Under the pieces are notes generated by a model. The model was given only the letters and a program-made list of their open reading frames with translations, was not told the DNA's origin and searched no databases. A stretch of DNA of 64,000 nt, from assembly GCF_009914755.1 (NCBI RefSeq), contig NC_060931.1. One strand, written 5' to 3'. A program made the position numbers and the translations under genes. This DNA is from the human T2T-CHM13v2.0 reference genome, Homo sapiens. Of this stretch, positions 28,452 to 64,000 are shown piece by piece (within the stretch, counting starts at the first letter, position 1; each line of letters begins with the position of its first letter).

Positions 28452-29972
28452 AAGAAAAGGGCCAAGAACAGGAGAGTAATATCACCAAGGTGTAGCCCAA
28501 ATATATGTCACTGTCTCGTGTGTTTTATCCAGGCAAAATAATCAAATATCATGAGCTGGGCCAAGGTATATGTCACAATCACACCTGCAGGAATGTCCAG
28601 AGATTAGATTCACAATCTCACATTGGTCCCAACACCAGGTATGGGAGTAAACACTTGAGAGTTGGGTACAAGTTTGCAAGTCAGAATCTCAGTGGTGATC
28701 TGGATTCCTGCATGAGAGCCCCAAGACCCCTGCAGACCTTTTCCTGGTAGAATAGTAACAGCCTCACACGTGTGCTGAATATATGAAAGTCATCATCTTT
28801 TTCTGTGGAACAGATTCACATATAAGAGTCACAGTTCCAACTTTTGACTGTCTCTGAGCAGAAGATTCAGAAGCTCAGCAGTGACTGGGCTGTGTCCATG
28901 TGGCAAAGTGACAATCCTGACTGTTGGCCGTGCCTATGAGAGTCACAGTCCCATCTGTGTGCTGAGCCCTGTTATGACACTCTCTGTGCCACTCAGGAAC
29001 TTTATAAAATATGCATATGAGTGTTGTAATCTCTGACCTTACTACAAGTAAAAGACCCAGTAGATTGCCTATTACCATAAGACTATTTGGAAGAGTCAAA
29101 ATCTTTTCTATTGTCTTGGTCCAGGTAAGAGAGTCATCATTATGCCTGTGAGTTGGGCTTAAGTGTATGTCACAATCTCACATATGGGCAGGGACCAGGC
29201 AGAAGTTCACATCACCTTAGTGCTAGGCAAGGAATATGCCAATATTTCCCTTGTGAGCAGGGCCCAGGAGGAGAGTTACATCAACTGGGATCTTGGCTCA
29301 GTGATATGAACAATTTCTTCTGTAGGCCGAGCCCAGGCAGGAAAAGAGAGTCAACATCATGTAGGTGCTAGGCAAAGCATTATGTCTCAATGTCCCCTTT
29401 AATCTTGGCTTAGGCCAGGGAGCAGAGTCATGTCACATAGTTTATGGGCTCATTAATATGTCACAATCTTCAGTGGGGCTTGGCCCAGCTGGGAGTGTAG
29501 AGTCACATCTCCTAGGTGATGAACCCAGAGATCTGTCACAATGCCTTCTATAAGTTGGGCCTAGAAAGAAAGGGAGAGTCACATCACTAGGTGATTGGCC
29601 CAGAGATATGTAAAAATTTCTCCTGAAGGCGGGGCCCAGGCAGGAGCATCACATCACCTATGTAGCCCAAGTATATGTCACAATTTCAACTATTGGCTGG
29701 GCCCAGGCAAAAAAGTAAAAGCAGTCAGGTGCTAGGCAAAGGTAGATGTCACAATCGCACTTGCAGAAAGATCCAGAAATAAAATTTCTAATCTTGCAAA
29801 TGTCCCAGCTGGAGGTATGGGAGTCAACGTCTCCTGTGAGTTGAGTCTATGCATGCAATTCACAATCTCAACAGTGGACAGGATCCATACATAAGAGCTT
29901 CAACTCCACCTGCACACAGTGTCTTAGTAGGGCAGAGACACCCTAGCAGGAATGCTGAAGTTTTGTCCAAGA

Positions 29973-30069
29973 GCTGAGGCAGGAGAATTGCTTGAACCTG
30001 GGAGGTGGAGGTTGCAGTGAGCAGAGATGGTGAGACTGCACTTCATCCTGGGCGACAGAGTGAATCTCC
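29973..30069 (+). mobile_element. Internal Alu right-arm fragment without a tail
   Basis: gctgaggcaggagaattgcttgaacc...gggcgacagagtgaatctcc embedded in the satellite. Confidence 0.8.
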
Positions 30070-30849
30070 CAGGTTTGAGACTGAGAACCTCAAGAGTGGG
30101 CTGTATGCATGTGTTGAGGGTGAAAATCTTAATTGTTGGCTAGGTGTACCTATGGGAGTCACAATTTCACATGTGCACTGGCCTGTTACAACATCTTTGT
30201 ACCACCCAAGGTCTTTGTAAAATATGCATGAGCATCCTAATAGTCTGTGACCTCTCTACATGTAGAATACTCAGGAGCATACCTGTTGTAATAAGCCTAA
30301 CTACAATTAAAATCTCTCTTATTGGCTGGGTCCATCTATGACAGTTATCATCATGCCTGTGAGCTGGGCCTAGATATATGTCAATCCCATCAGTGGGCAG
30401 GAACCAGGTAGGTGAGTCACGTTACCTTGGTTCTGTGCCAGGGATATGTCACAATACCCACTGTAAGCAGAATGCAGGCAGGCATGTGGGTGCTTGGCCC
30501 CGTGATATGGTTTAGTCTTTTCTGTAGACAAGGCCCAGGCAGAAAGGGAAAGTCATATTATTTGGGTGCTGGGCCCAGTGATTTTCACAATCCCCTTTGT
30601 AATCAGGGCCCAGGCAGGAGAGAAGAGTCATATCGCCTAGATAATGGGCCTGGTGATATGTCACAATCTTCACTTGGGGCAGGGCTAAAAGGGGAGAGTC
30701 ACATTACCCATGTGATGGGCTCAGAAATATGTTTCACTGCTGCCTGTAGACAGGTCCTAGGGAACAGAAGTAAGTCACATTCCTAAATGTTTAATCCAGA
30801 GGTATGTCACAATACCCCTTAAGGGCAGGGCCCAAGAAATAGAGTCATA

Positions 30850-31165
30850 GGCTGGGTGTGCTGGTTCACCCCTGTAATCCTGGCACTTTGGGATGCTGAG
30901 GCAGGCAGATCGCCTGAGGTCAGGAGTTCAAGACCAGCTGGCCAATATGGTAAAAACCCCGTGTCTACTAAAAATACAAAAATTAGCTGGGAGTGGTGGT
31001 ATGCACCTGTAATCCCAGGTACTTGGGAGGCTGAGGCAGGAGAATCACTTGAATCCGGGAGGAGGTTGTGGTGAGCCAAGATCGCCCCACTGCCCCACTC
31101 CAGCTTGAGTGACAAAGTCAGACTCTGTCTCAAAACAAATAAACAAAAAAAAAAAAAAAGAAAGA
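30850..31165 (+). mobile_element. AluS
   Basis: TSD aagaaatagagtcata. Confidence 0.9.
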
Positions 31166-31181
31166 AAGAAATAGAGTCATA

Positions 31182-31419
<238 letters not shown>

Positions 31420-32237
31420 TCAGTTAGGATCTGGTTTCCATCCTCCTAGTCACCCTTTCAGGTCTTTGCTTCCGTGTAACCTGCTTGGGGCAGTGCTCCT
31501 CCCCCAACCTCGGTGTTCCTGTGATACTAGGTACTTCCATTCATTCCATCCATAACAGGGGAACGTGGAATAAGGAAACCACCTTCACCTTCATTCCCAA
31601 TTGCAAGACAAATGCTTGGGAGTAGGGTGGTCTTGATTTAAGGATTTAATCTGGTAGATCCTTACAGGCAGTGACAGCAAAGCCTTAGCCAAATCATCAG
31701 AAGTGCAAAAGGTCTACTCTGGAGATGGGGAAAATGGAATCTGTGTACATAAGAAAAAGGAGACACAGGGCTGGCTTGTGAGAAACAAGAACGAAGTAAG
31801 CCACTGAGAGACGGGACACTGGAAAAGAGAGAAGAAAGAGAGTCAAGAAGGATGAAGGAGCTCTGAGAAGTGAGATGCTCGGTGCTACTGGGAAGAGGAT
31901 AGAGGGGTGGCTCAAACCCTCATTAGAATCAACTGCTGCTCCCACCAACACCACAGCGACTGGGTGTTTGTTTCAAGAATAGAACAGGGCTGTTCCAGAT
32001 CCGGGCTGCCGTGAGACCTAACAGGGACCCTTCATGGGGACAGCAAGAAGGTTCACTGACTGACCCAATTCAGAGGAAGGAGGAACCTGACCTTCAAAAT
32101 CACTATGACCATCAGAATGCCTTAGAAGATCAAAGAAATACTGGAGTGGGTGTGAGACTTTTAACAAATGTGTGCACTCAAACAGTGCAAAGGCAAACCT
32201 CCTGGTGGGTAATCAGAATTCAGACCCCACCTCTAGA

Positions 32238-32669
32238 GAGCTTTCTCTGGCCAGCAGCAGAGGAGGAAGTCAGAGATTCAAAGTAGGCTGGAGATGCGAT
32301 GCACTTTTGCTGACTTTGAAGATGGAGGGAGCAAATTGAGTAAAATGTGGGGGGACATCTACTTACAGAGAGCGGGTCCTAGCTAGCAGCGAGCAAGGGA
32401 ACAAGGATCCCAGTCCTACAACCATGAGGAATTGGAAATTGGCAACAACCAGAATGGGTTTAGAAATGGGTTCTTCCCAGCACCTCTAGATGAGAGCCCA
32501 GCCTGGTTGATATACTGACTTCAGCGTTGTGAAAACCAAAGCATAGAGCCCAACGGAGTCTTCTGGACCCTGAACCATAAGTTCTACAGGACTACGAGCT
32601 AGCAAATGGGTGTGTTCTAAGCCACTACATTTGTGGGGACTTGTTATGGAGCAATAGAAGACTAATATA
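32238..32669 (+). mobile_element. MLT1 (MLT1E/F-like) LTR
   Basis: gactttgaagatggaggg...cagtcctacaaccatgagga...taagccactacatttgtgg...gcaatagaagactaata. Confidence 0.7.
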
Positions 32670-32719
32670 CCTCTCATGTCCTGCCCAGTGGTGACCTCAG
32701 CAGCACTTTCTAGGTCTAG

Positions 32720-33028
<309 letters not shown>

Positions 33029-33039
33029 ATATCAACTTT

Positions 33040-33830
<791 letters not shown>

Positions 33831-33875
33831 AAAATGTATCTAAATAAAAAAAATTTCTTTTTTTAAAAAAGAAGA

Positions 33876-34162
33876 GGCCGGGCGTGGTGCCTCACGCCTG
33901 TAATCCCAACACTGTGGGAGGCCAAGGTGGGTGGATCATGAGGTCAGGAGTTCAAGACCAGCCTGACCAACATGGTGAAACCCTGTCTCTACTAAAAATA
34001 CAAAAATTAGCCTGGTGTGGTGGCTCACACCTGTAATCCCAGCTACTCAGGAGGCTGAGGCAGGAGAATTGCTTGAACTCAGTAGGCAGAAGTTGCAGTG
34101 AGCTGAGATTGAGCCATCGCACTCCAGCCTGGGCAACAGGATGAGACTCTGTCAAAAAAAAG
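33876..34162 (+). mobile_element. AluS
   Basis: Full-length Alu. Confidence 0.9.
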
Positions 34163-34391
34163 GAGTAAATTCTTTTTTTTATTTTTAAGTTGAATGATTG
34201 TCTTATTTTTATTTTGTATTTACGCTTACAATAAGCAGGCCCAAAAAATTTATCCTGAATTCATCGTCATTTGATTTCCAGTAGGGTTTGTATTTAGGCA
34301 CCAGAGGTGTGGTTTTGAGTTTGTAAAAGAGCGTTTGTGGGGGGAAAAAAAAAAGGGCAGAATAAGAGAACCTGATATAAAAAGTCTATGG

Positions 34392-34667
34392 GGGCAGGGC
34401 TCAGTGCCTCACTCCTGTAATCCCAGCACTTTGTGGAGGCTGAGGTGGGTGGATCACCTAAGGTCAGGAGTTTGAGACCAGCCTGGCCAAAATGGCGAAA
34501 CCTCATCTCTTAAAAATACAAAAATTAGCCAGGTGTAGTGCACGCACTTGTACTTCCAGCTGCTTGGGAGGCTGAAGCAGAAGCATCACTGAAACTCAGG
34601 AGGTAGAGGTTGCCGTGAGCCAAGATCCTGTCATTGCACTCCAGCCTGGGCGACAAGAGTGAAACTC
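34392..34667 (+). mobile_element. AluS with an expanded tail
   Basis: Alu body followed by a long purine tract. Confidence 0.88.
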
Positions 34668-34838
34668 GAAAGGAAAGGAAAGGAGAAGGAAAGAAAAAGA
34701 AAGAAAGAAAGAGAAAGAAGGAAAAAAGGAGAGAAAGAAACAAAAGAAAGAAAAAAAGAAAGAAGAAAGAGAAAGAAAGAAAAAAGAAAAAGAAAAAAAG
34801 AAAGAAAGAAAGAAGAAAGAAAGAAAGAAAGAAAGAAA

Positions 34839-34871
<33 letters not shown>

Positions 34872-34895
34872 GAAAGAAAGAAAGAAAGAAAGAAA
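34668..34895 (+). repeat. (GAAA)n-type polypurine microsatellite, ~228 bp
   Basis: Directly visible; almost pure A/G. Confidence 0.95.
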
Positions 34896-35429
34896 CCTAT
34901 GGGTAGGGAACAGTACACAGTTGGTGAAAAGACTGGTTAGGGCTACAGAGACTGGTCCAGGCAAGATAGCTCTGACTTATAAATGTGTGCATGCAGGCAG
35001 ATGGGAGGGATGGATGACCCAGAATCCTAGGCTAGTGGAGAAAACGGGTCACTGGTGCAGATTCAAGATCTGGGCATAAAAAGAAACCATGAGTCCTCTG
35101 GGCACTTACGTAGCCTATAGGTGGAAAACTCTAGCAACAGAAGTAATTTCAGCACAATTTCTGAAGGTGAAGCCTTATCATGGGAGGACTGTAGCTACAT
35201 CACTGCCCAGGGTGCATGGGTGTGAGTGTGCAGGAATCACTTTCTAGCAGCCAGGTGGGGAGAGGAGTCCGCCCTCAGAACTGCTTTCCTTTGAGTTCTC
35301 AGTTCCCCCTGAACCCGGATGAGACATGGAATCACAGGACAATTCACAGCGCAACAGCTTGTGTGCTGAAGAATAGAGTCTCCATTCCCCAAAAGACTCA
35401 CAGTCTCCCTCCAGCCAAGGCTGCAGTGA

Positions 35430-36620
<1,191 letters not shown>

Positions 36621-36724
36621 ATCTGAAAACAGCCCCAAAACAATAACAATTACATCCTACAGAGGACATCAAAACCCTCCTCCCATCTTGACTCTCACTG
36701 CACCTGCCCATAGATCCCCACAGT

Positions 36725-38635
36725 TGACATGGTGACATATACTTTGACCCAGCTTACAGGCATTACACGTAGGCCCAGTCAAAGAGAGAGATTTAGACTC
36801 TCATAGATAGGCCTAGGGCAAGGGGTAAGGTCCTGGGTCTTCTACTTGTATGAAGATCACAGAGGATTATGTCACCCATGCATATCCAATAAACCCCGTG
36901 GGTGGTACAGAGAGTCTCATAACAGGGCCCAGAACACAGGTGAGATTGAGAGTCTTGTAGGAACACACAGCCAAAAGTAGTAATTGTCACATGCCCATGT
37001 GTACACAGCTCATGATTGAGGTTCTGAATCTCAAACCCAGGGGCAGTTAAGAGTTGTAATTGTGACTCTCATATACGGATCCAGTCCACAGGTGAAGTGG
37101 GGACTCTCCAACCAGGATTCAGCACACCATTGAGGTTGTGACACCCCTACTGGGACACAGCTTGGAGAAGGGATTGGGGCTCTCATGAGAGGATGCAATC
37201 CACTATTGAGATTGTGACTCATGTACTTGGACCTAAGTCTCAGGAGTTGTTGACTCTTACACCTGGAGTGGGGAAATGTGGGTAATTGGGAGTCCCATTC
37301 CTGGACCTTCCTGCAGGTGTAACTGTGACATGCACTTCTACCTAGAACCTTAGTAATTTGCTAGTCCTTCTGGTCTCAACACACAGATATCTTGTGACTT
37401 GTACCTGGGCCAAGCACCTAGATGATGTGACTATTTTGTCTGGCCACTTCCTTCAAAGGAATTGTAATATATCTCTTTATTGAGCACCTAGGTGATGTAA
37501 ATCTTCTTTCCTGCCTGGACCCTGCCCACAGGTAAGGTTATGACATATCACCAAGCCTAGCACTTAATGACATGACTGTCCTATCTTGTTTGTGCCCTGC
37601 CCTGAAGAAGCATTGTGACATTACTGGCCTAAGTAAAAAGGTAATTCAGGTCTTCTGCCTAGGACGTGTGCACAGGGGGGATTGTGAAATATTTCTTGGC
37701 TTGTCAACATGATGATGTGATTCTCCTCTCTTGCCTGGAACTGTTTTACAGTTCTCATCACAACATATTGCTGGGCCCAGTACTGGGTGAAGTTATTCTT
37801 CCCCCAGGGCCCAGCCCACAAGTGGCACTGTGGCATCTCTCTAGGCCCATCGCCTAGGTGATGTGACTCTGTTCTTCTAACTGGACACTTTCCACAAAAG
37901 GAATTGTGACATATAGCTGGAACCAGCTCCCTGGTCATGGAACTGTACTGTGTTGGCCCTGTGCAAAGGGGGCATTGTGATATATATTGCTTGGCCAAGC
38001 AGCTAGGTGATATGACTCTCCTGAATGGGCCCTGCTCTCAGAGAGGATTTTCACCCATCACTTGGCCAATCATAAAGGTGATGTGTCTCTCCTCTGTTGT
38101 CTGGACTCTTCTCAAAGTAAGAATTATGGTATATCACTTACCCAGCACCCAGGTGATATGACTCTTATGTCTGGTTCCTGCCCACAGGTGTATTGTGACA
38201 CATACATGGTCACAGCTCAAAGGTGAGATGATGACTCTCATACTTGGATCCAGCTAAGAGAACAGATTTTAACTCTGATATCTAGGCTTAGGGCAACAGG
38301 CAAGGTCCTGGGTCTCCTACTTAAATAAAGGACATAGTGTATTATGATACTGAGGCATATTGTATGAAGCCCGCATGTGATACAGTGTCATAACAGGACC
38401 CAGAACAAAGGTGACATTGTGACTGTCATATGCACATCCAGCTGATAGAATTGTCACCCTCACACATAGTCAGTGGTCACTGGCGAGGTCCTAAATCTCA
38501 CACGTAAATGCAATCCAGACTTGGAATTGTGATTGTCATATGTAGATGCAGCCACAGGTGAGACAGTGACTCATTTTTGAACCCAGCTCACAGGAACAGT
38601 AATGGAACTAATACCTGGACCCAGTCAATAGCAGA
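36725..38635 (-). repeat. Beta-satellite-like array, inverted orientation
   Basis: Motifs read attgtgacatat and cacctaggtgatgtgactct, the reverse complement of the units at 23711-30849. Confidence 0.8.
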
Positions 38636-41600
38636 AATTCACAATCCGGGACATTTTCCTGCTAAAGGTATAAGAGTCAACACCTCTTGTGGATTGAGTT
38701 CAACTATGCAAGTCAATCACAACAGTGGACTAAATCAATGCACGAGAGCCCAAATCTCACCAACAGACTGTGTTTTGATAGAGGAAGCACAGCCCCCAGG
38801 TGTTCTAAATCCAGGACTTGGTGTTATCATCTCATCTGTCGATTGGATTAATGTATGAGATTCACAATTCCAACTCTACTGGCTCTTGGTGTGTGATTCA
38901 GAACCTTAACAGTGGGTTCTGTTAATGTGGAAGGGTGACAGTCCTTACTTTTGTCTGAGTTTGCATACAACAGCCACAATTTTCCCTGTGTGCTGGGCTC
39001 TATTATGGCACTCTGTAGCACTTGAGGGCTTCATACAACGTGCATGCAAGTCATAATAGTCTGTGACCATCCTGCAAGTTAAAGACCCAGAACCTTAGTT
39101 TTTGCCCTAAGACTAACTACAAGAGTCAAAATATCTTCAGGTATGAGTCATCATTCCACCTGTAAGCTGTGCCCATGTGTATTTCCCAATCCCAACTGTG
39201 GAGACAGACCACGCACAAGGGTTGCATCACCTGGGTGCTGGCCAGAGATATGTCACAATTGCCACTTTGGGCAGGGTCAAAATCTCCCCTTAGTGCAGGG
39301 GCAATTCAGGAGGGTCATATCACCTAGGTGGTGGGCCCAGCGATATGTCACAATGTCCCCTATGGGCAGGGCCAAGGCAGTACAGTTACATCACCTAGAA
39401 GCTGGGGCCAGTGATATGTCACAATGCCTCTTGCGGGCAGGGTTCAGGCAGGAAAGAAGAATCACATCACCTAGGTGATGGGTCTAGAGATATTTCACAA
39501 TGCCTTCTGTAATAAGAACCCAGGATAAAGAGTTATATCATTTGGGTTAAAGGTCCAGTGATAGGTCACAATCCCAACTAAGGATAGGACCCAGGCCGAA
39601 AAAGAGACTCACTTCACTTTGATGATTGGCCCAGAGATATTTTGTAATTTCTCCTGAGGACAGGGCTCATGCAGGAGAGAAACATAAATTTTGTGCATGG
39701 CCCAGGTATATGTTACAATCTTAACTGTACACTGGGCCAAGACAATACAGTAAAATTAATCAGATGCTGGGAAATGTAATTGTCACAATCACACCTGCAG
39801 AAAGGTTTAAGGATAAGATTTAAAACCCCACAAATGTGCTGGCTTCACTTATGACAGTCAACATATCTTGGGATATGTGTTTAAGTACTTGAATCACAAC
39901 CTCAACAGTGCACTGGCTCTGTGCATAACAGCCCGAACCCCACTTATAAACAGTGTCCCAGTAGGGGAGTCACAGCCTCACAGGGGTGCTGAATCTTGGT
40001 GTGAGAGTCACCAACCTACCTGTGGACTGCATTCACATCTGAAAGTCACAATTCCGATTTTTGACTGCCTCTGAGTGTGAGATTCAGGACATTTTACGAA
40101 GGCTGTGTTCATGTGAGAGGGTGACAATTCTTACTATTAGCCATGTGTGCATATGAGAGAATCTCACCTGTTTGCTGGTCCCTGTTATGACACTGTACCA
40201 CTTGCAGGTTTTATATGGCACATGTGAGACTCACCATCTGCTTCAAGACCTTTGTGCTTGCCCAGGCTTTTGTTACAATCCCAAATGTAGGATCACACCC
40301 ATTGCCCTAAGCCCAGGTGTGAGAGTCAACATCTCTCCAATCTTTAGGTCCAGGTAAGGGAGTCATTTTTGTTCCTATAATCTGGTTACAAAAATTGGTC
40401 AATATCCCTCCTGTGGCTCAATCCACATGTGACAGGCATGATCCAACTGTGGACTGTATCTGTCAGTGAGATTCAGGAACTATTTTGCTCTCTCCCTATA
40501 TAAAGGTGACAATTTTAACAGTCAGCTGAGTGTGCATCCAATAGTCACAACCTCAGTGTTGTGCTGGGCCCTACTATAACACTCTCTGTCCCATCTGAGG
40601 GCTTTAGACAATATGCATGTGTGTGGTAATCACCTGTGATTTTTTTTTTTTAAGTAGAAAAGCCAGAATTTTATTTTTTGGCCTAAACCCAGCTATGAGA
40701 GTCAACACCTCTTCTATTAGCAAGGTCCGGGTATAAGAGTCATTGCTGGGCCTGTAAGCTGGACCCAGCTATGACTCACCACCTGACCTTTGTCCAGATC
40801 CACATGGGATGGCCAATATTCTAACTGTGTATTGTGTTGTCATATGAGAGTCAGGACCTCACCAGTAAGTTTTGTCAATGTGTGAGGGAGACAGTTTTAA
40901 TTGTCTGCTGGGTGTGCCTGTAAGAGTCACAATTTTACTTCTGTGCTGGACCCTGATATGACACTCTTTATATCACCCAAAGACTTTATAGAATATGCAT
41001 GAGTGTGATATATTGTGTGATCTTTGCACATGTAGAAGGCCCAGATCATTACCTGTTTGTCTAAGCCTACCTAGAAGAGTTAAAATCTCTTCCATTGGCT
41101 GGGTTTGCATACGCGAGTCTTCATTATACCTGTCAGCTGGGCCTAATGTGTAACCATCCCACCTGTGGGCAGAGACTAGGAGGGAGAGTCCCATCAACTA
41201 GGTGCTGGGCCAGCGATATGTCAATATTTTTACTATAGGTAGGGTCCTGACAATAAAATTCACATCTGGGTGCTAGGAAAAGCAATATGTCACAATCCAC
41301 CCTGTAAACATGTTCCAGGTAGACGACAGTCACATCATCTAGTTGATGGGCCCAGTGATATGTAACCATTTCTCCTGTAAATAGATTCAAGGCAAAAAAG
41401 AATCACATAACAAAGGTGATGGGCCTAAAGATATCTCACAGTAACCCCTGTGGACTGGCCCAGGCAGAAAGGGAGAGTCATATCGCCTAGGTGATTGGCT
41501 CAGAAATATGTCCCAATACCCCGGGAGGGCAAAGCCCAGGCAGGAGTCACATTATCTAGGCGCTCAATCTAAGTATATTTCACGATCTAAACTGTAGGTG

Positions 41601-41759
41601 AGGCCTAGGCAAAAGAGAAAAATCAGTCAGATACTGAGTGAAGGTATACGTCACAATCACGTCTGTGAAAAGGTCCAGAGATAAAATTTACAATCTCTTA
41701 CATGCCCAACTTCAGGATCAGAGTCAATATCTCCTGTGAGTTGCACCCAAAATGCATAT
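38636..41759 (+). repeat. Beta-satellite-like array, forward orientation
   Basis: gatatgtcacaat and gtcacatcacctaggtg units and spacer units, as at 23711-30849. Confidence 0.8.
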
Positions 41760-45235
<3,476 letters not shown>

Positions 45236-45400
45236 TGGCCACAGAGTGCTGGAATGTGGCTGGTCTGAACTGCAATATGCTAGAAAGGTAAAATACAAGG
45301 TTACATTAAAATATTTAGCTTTAAAAATGTATATGCTTTATTAACCCTTACATACTAATCACATATTAAAATAATATTTTGGATATATTGGACTGATTAA

Positions 45401-45631
<231 letters not shown>

Positions 45632-45845
45632 TAGCTAGGCTGATCTCAAACTCCTGACTTCAGGTGGTCGACCACCTCGGCCACTGAAAGTGCAGGGATT
45701 ACAACCGTGAGCCTCTGCGCCTGGCCCTACCATGTTTTTTTTTTTTACTTTTTAATATTTGGCTACTAGCACATTCAAAATTTACATGTGGCTCATATTT
45801 TACTGCAGAGGATTGCCTCCTTTTTGAAATCTCAGGCTGCCTGCA

Positions 45846-46511
<666 letters not shown>

Positions 46512-46754
46512 CTGCAAAGGACCCGCAGCAAGGAAGGTCATAAAATCTGAAATTTTAAAATAATTGTCATTATGTTTTTTCAGTTTATGAATAACTATAT
46601 TATATACCATTTATAAATGCATATGACGTTATACACAAGGTTAAATGCAAATGTCCTCTAAGGTTGGCCTGGCTCAGATCAGGGAAGAAGGCTTGGCTGT
46701 AAAGGCTGCAGCCTAGCCTGTTATTTTTGCTTTGTTTAGCCCAGTGTCTGATCA

Positions 46755-46994
46755 CATTTTTCGTCACTCAGGGCGTGAAGGGTGGGTCCTGAAACCTTAT
46801 CCAATCAGGGGCCATATATTAGAAACTGTACAATCAGGCATGCAGCTGGAGAGAACAGGATGCCTCCGTAATTTTCCGGGTCCTTTGTGTTTCTCTGCGT
46901 CCAGAGCTCCAGTTCTTCTCTTCACTGCTCTGCGTCCTCTGTTCCTAGAGGCCAAGCCACTGTGGCCTTGTGTTCTGCAGGTATCCGCAGATTT
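46755..46994 (+). promoter_or_regulatory. ZNF679 proximal promoter-like region / 5' UTR
   Basis: Paralogous to 4850-5090, with an intact CCAAT (ttatCCAATca at 46801). Confidence 0.55.

Positions 46995-64000
<17,006 letters not shown>

Noticed and set aside
34525-34964. Several K/E/R-rich and F/L/S-rich ORFs
   Set aside because: These are translations of the (GAAA)n Alu-tail expansion in all frames.

Overview
Human (primate) genomic DNA from a ZNF91-subfamily KRAB zinc-finger cluster. The window holds two tandem, + strand paralogues about 41.9 kb apart. The first is a complete 4-coding-exon gene whose 412-aa spliced product I recognise as ZNF735 (CDS 5091-18182). The second is the first three coding exons plus the start of the last exon of a gene I recognise as ZNF679 (46995 to the window end); these genes lie at 7q11.21. 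Both sit in the same duplicated cassette: MER41 provirus remnant, MER33, THE1D solo LTR, promoter, gene. Between the copies lie degenerate finger relics, MER9, THE1 and MER11 LTR elements, and about 12 kb of complex ~70-bp beta-satellite-like repeat with higher-order structure and an internal inversion. Alus are abundant, including one human-specific AluYb8. The best leads are: (1) a candidate satellite-derived upstream exon splicing into ZNF679; (2) DUX4 motifs in the THE1D LTR about 880 bp upstream of both ATGs; (3) paralogue-specific STAT/GAS sites in MER41B; (4) reciprocal Alu-Alu recombination deletions in intron 1; (5) a high-identity intronic island. I found no prokaryote-type system. 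Exon coordinates are exact; repeat boundaries are read by eye and subfamily names come from recalled consensus sequences.
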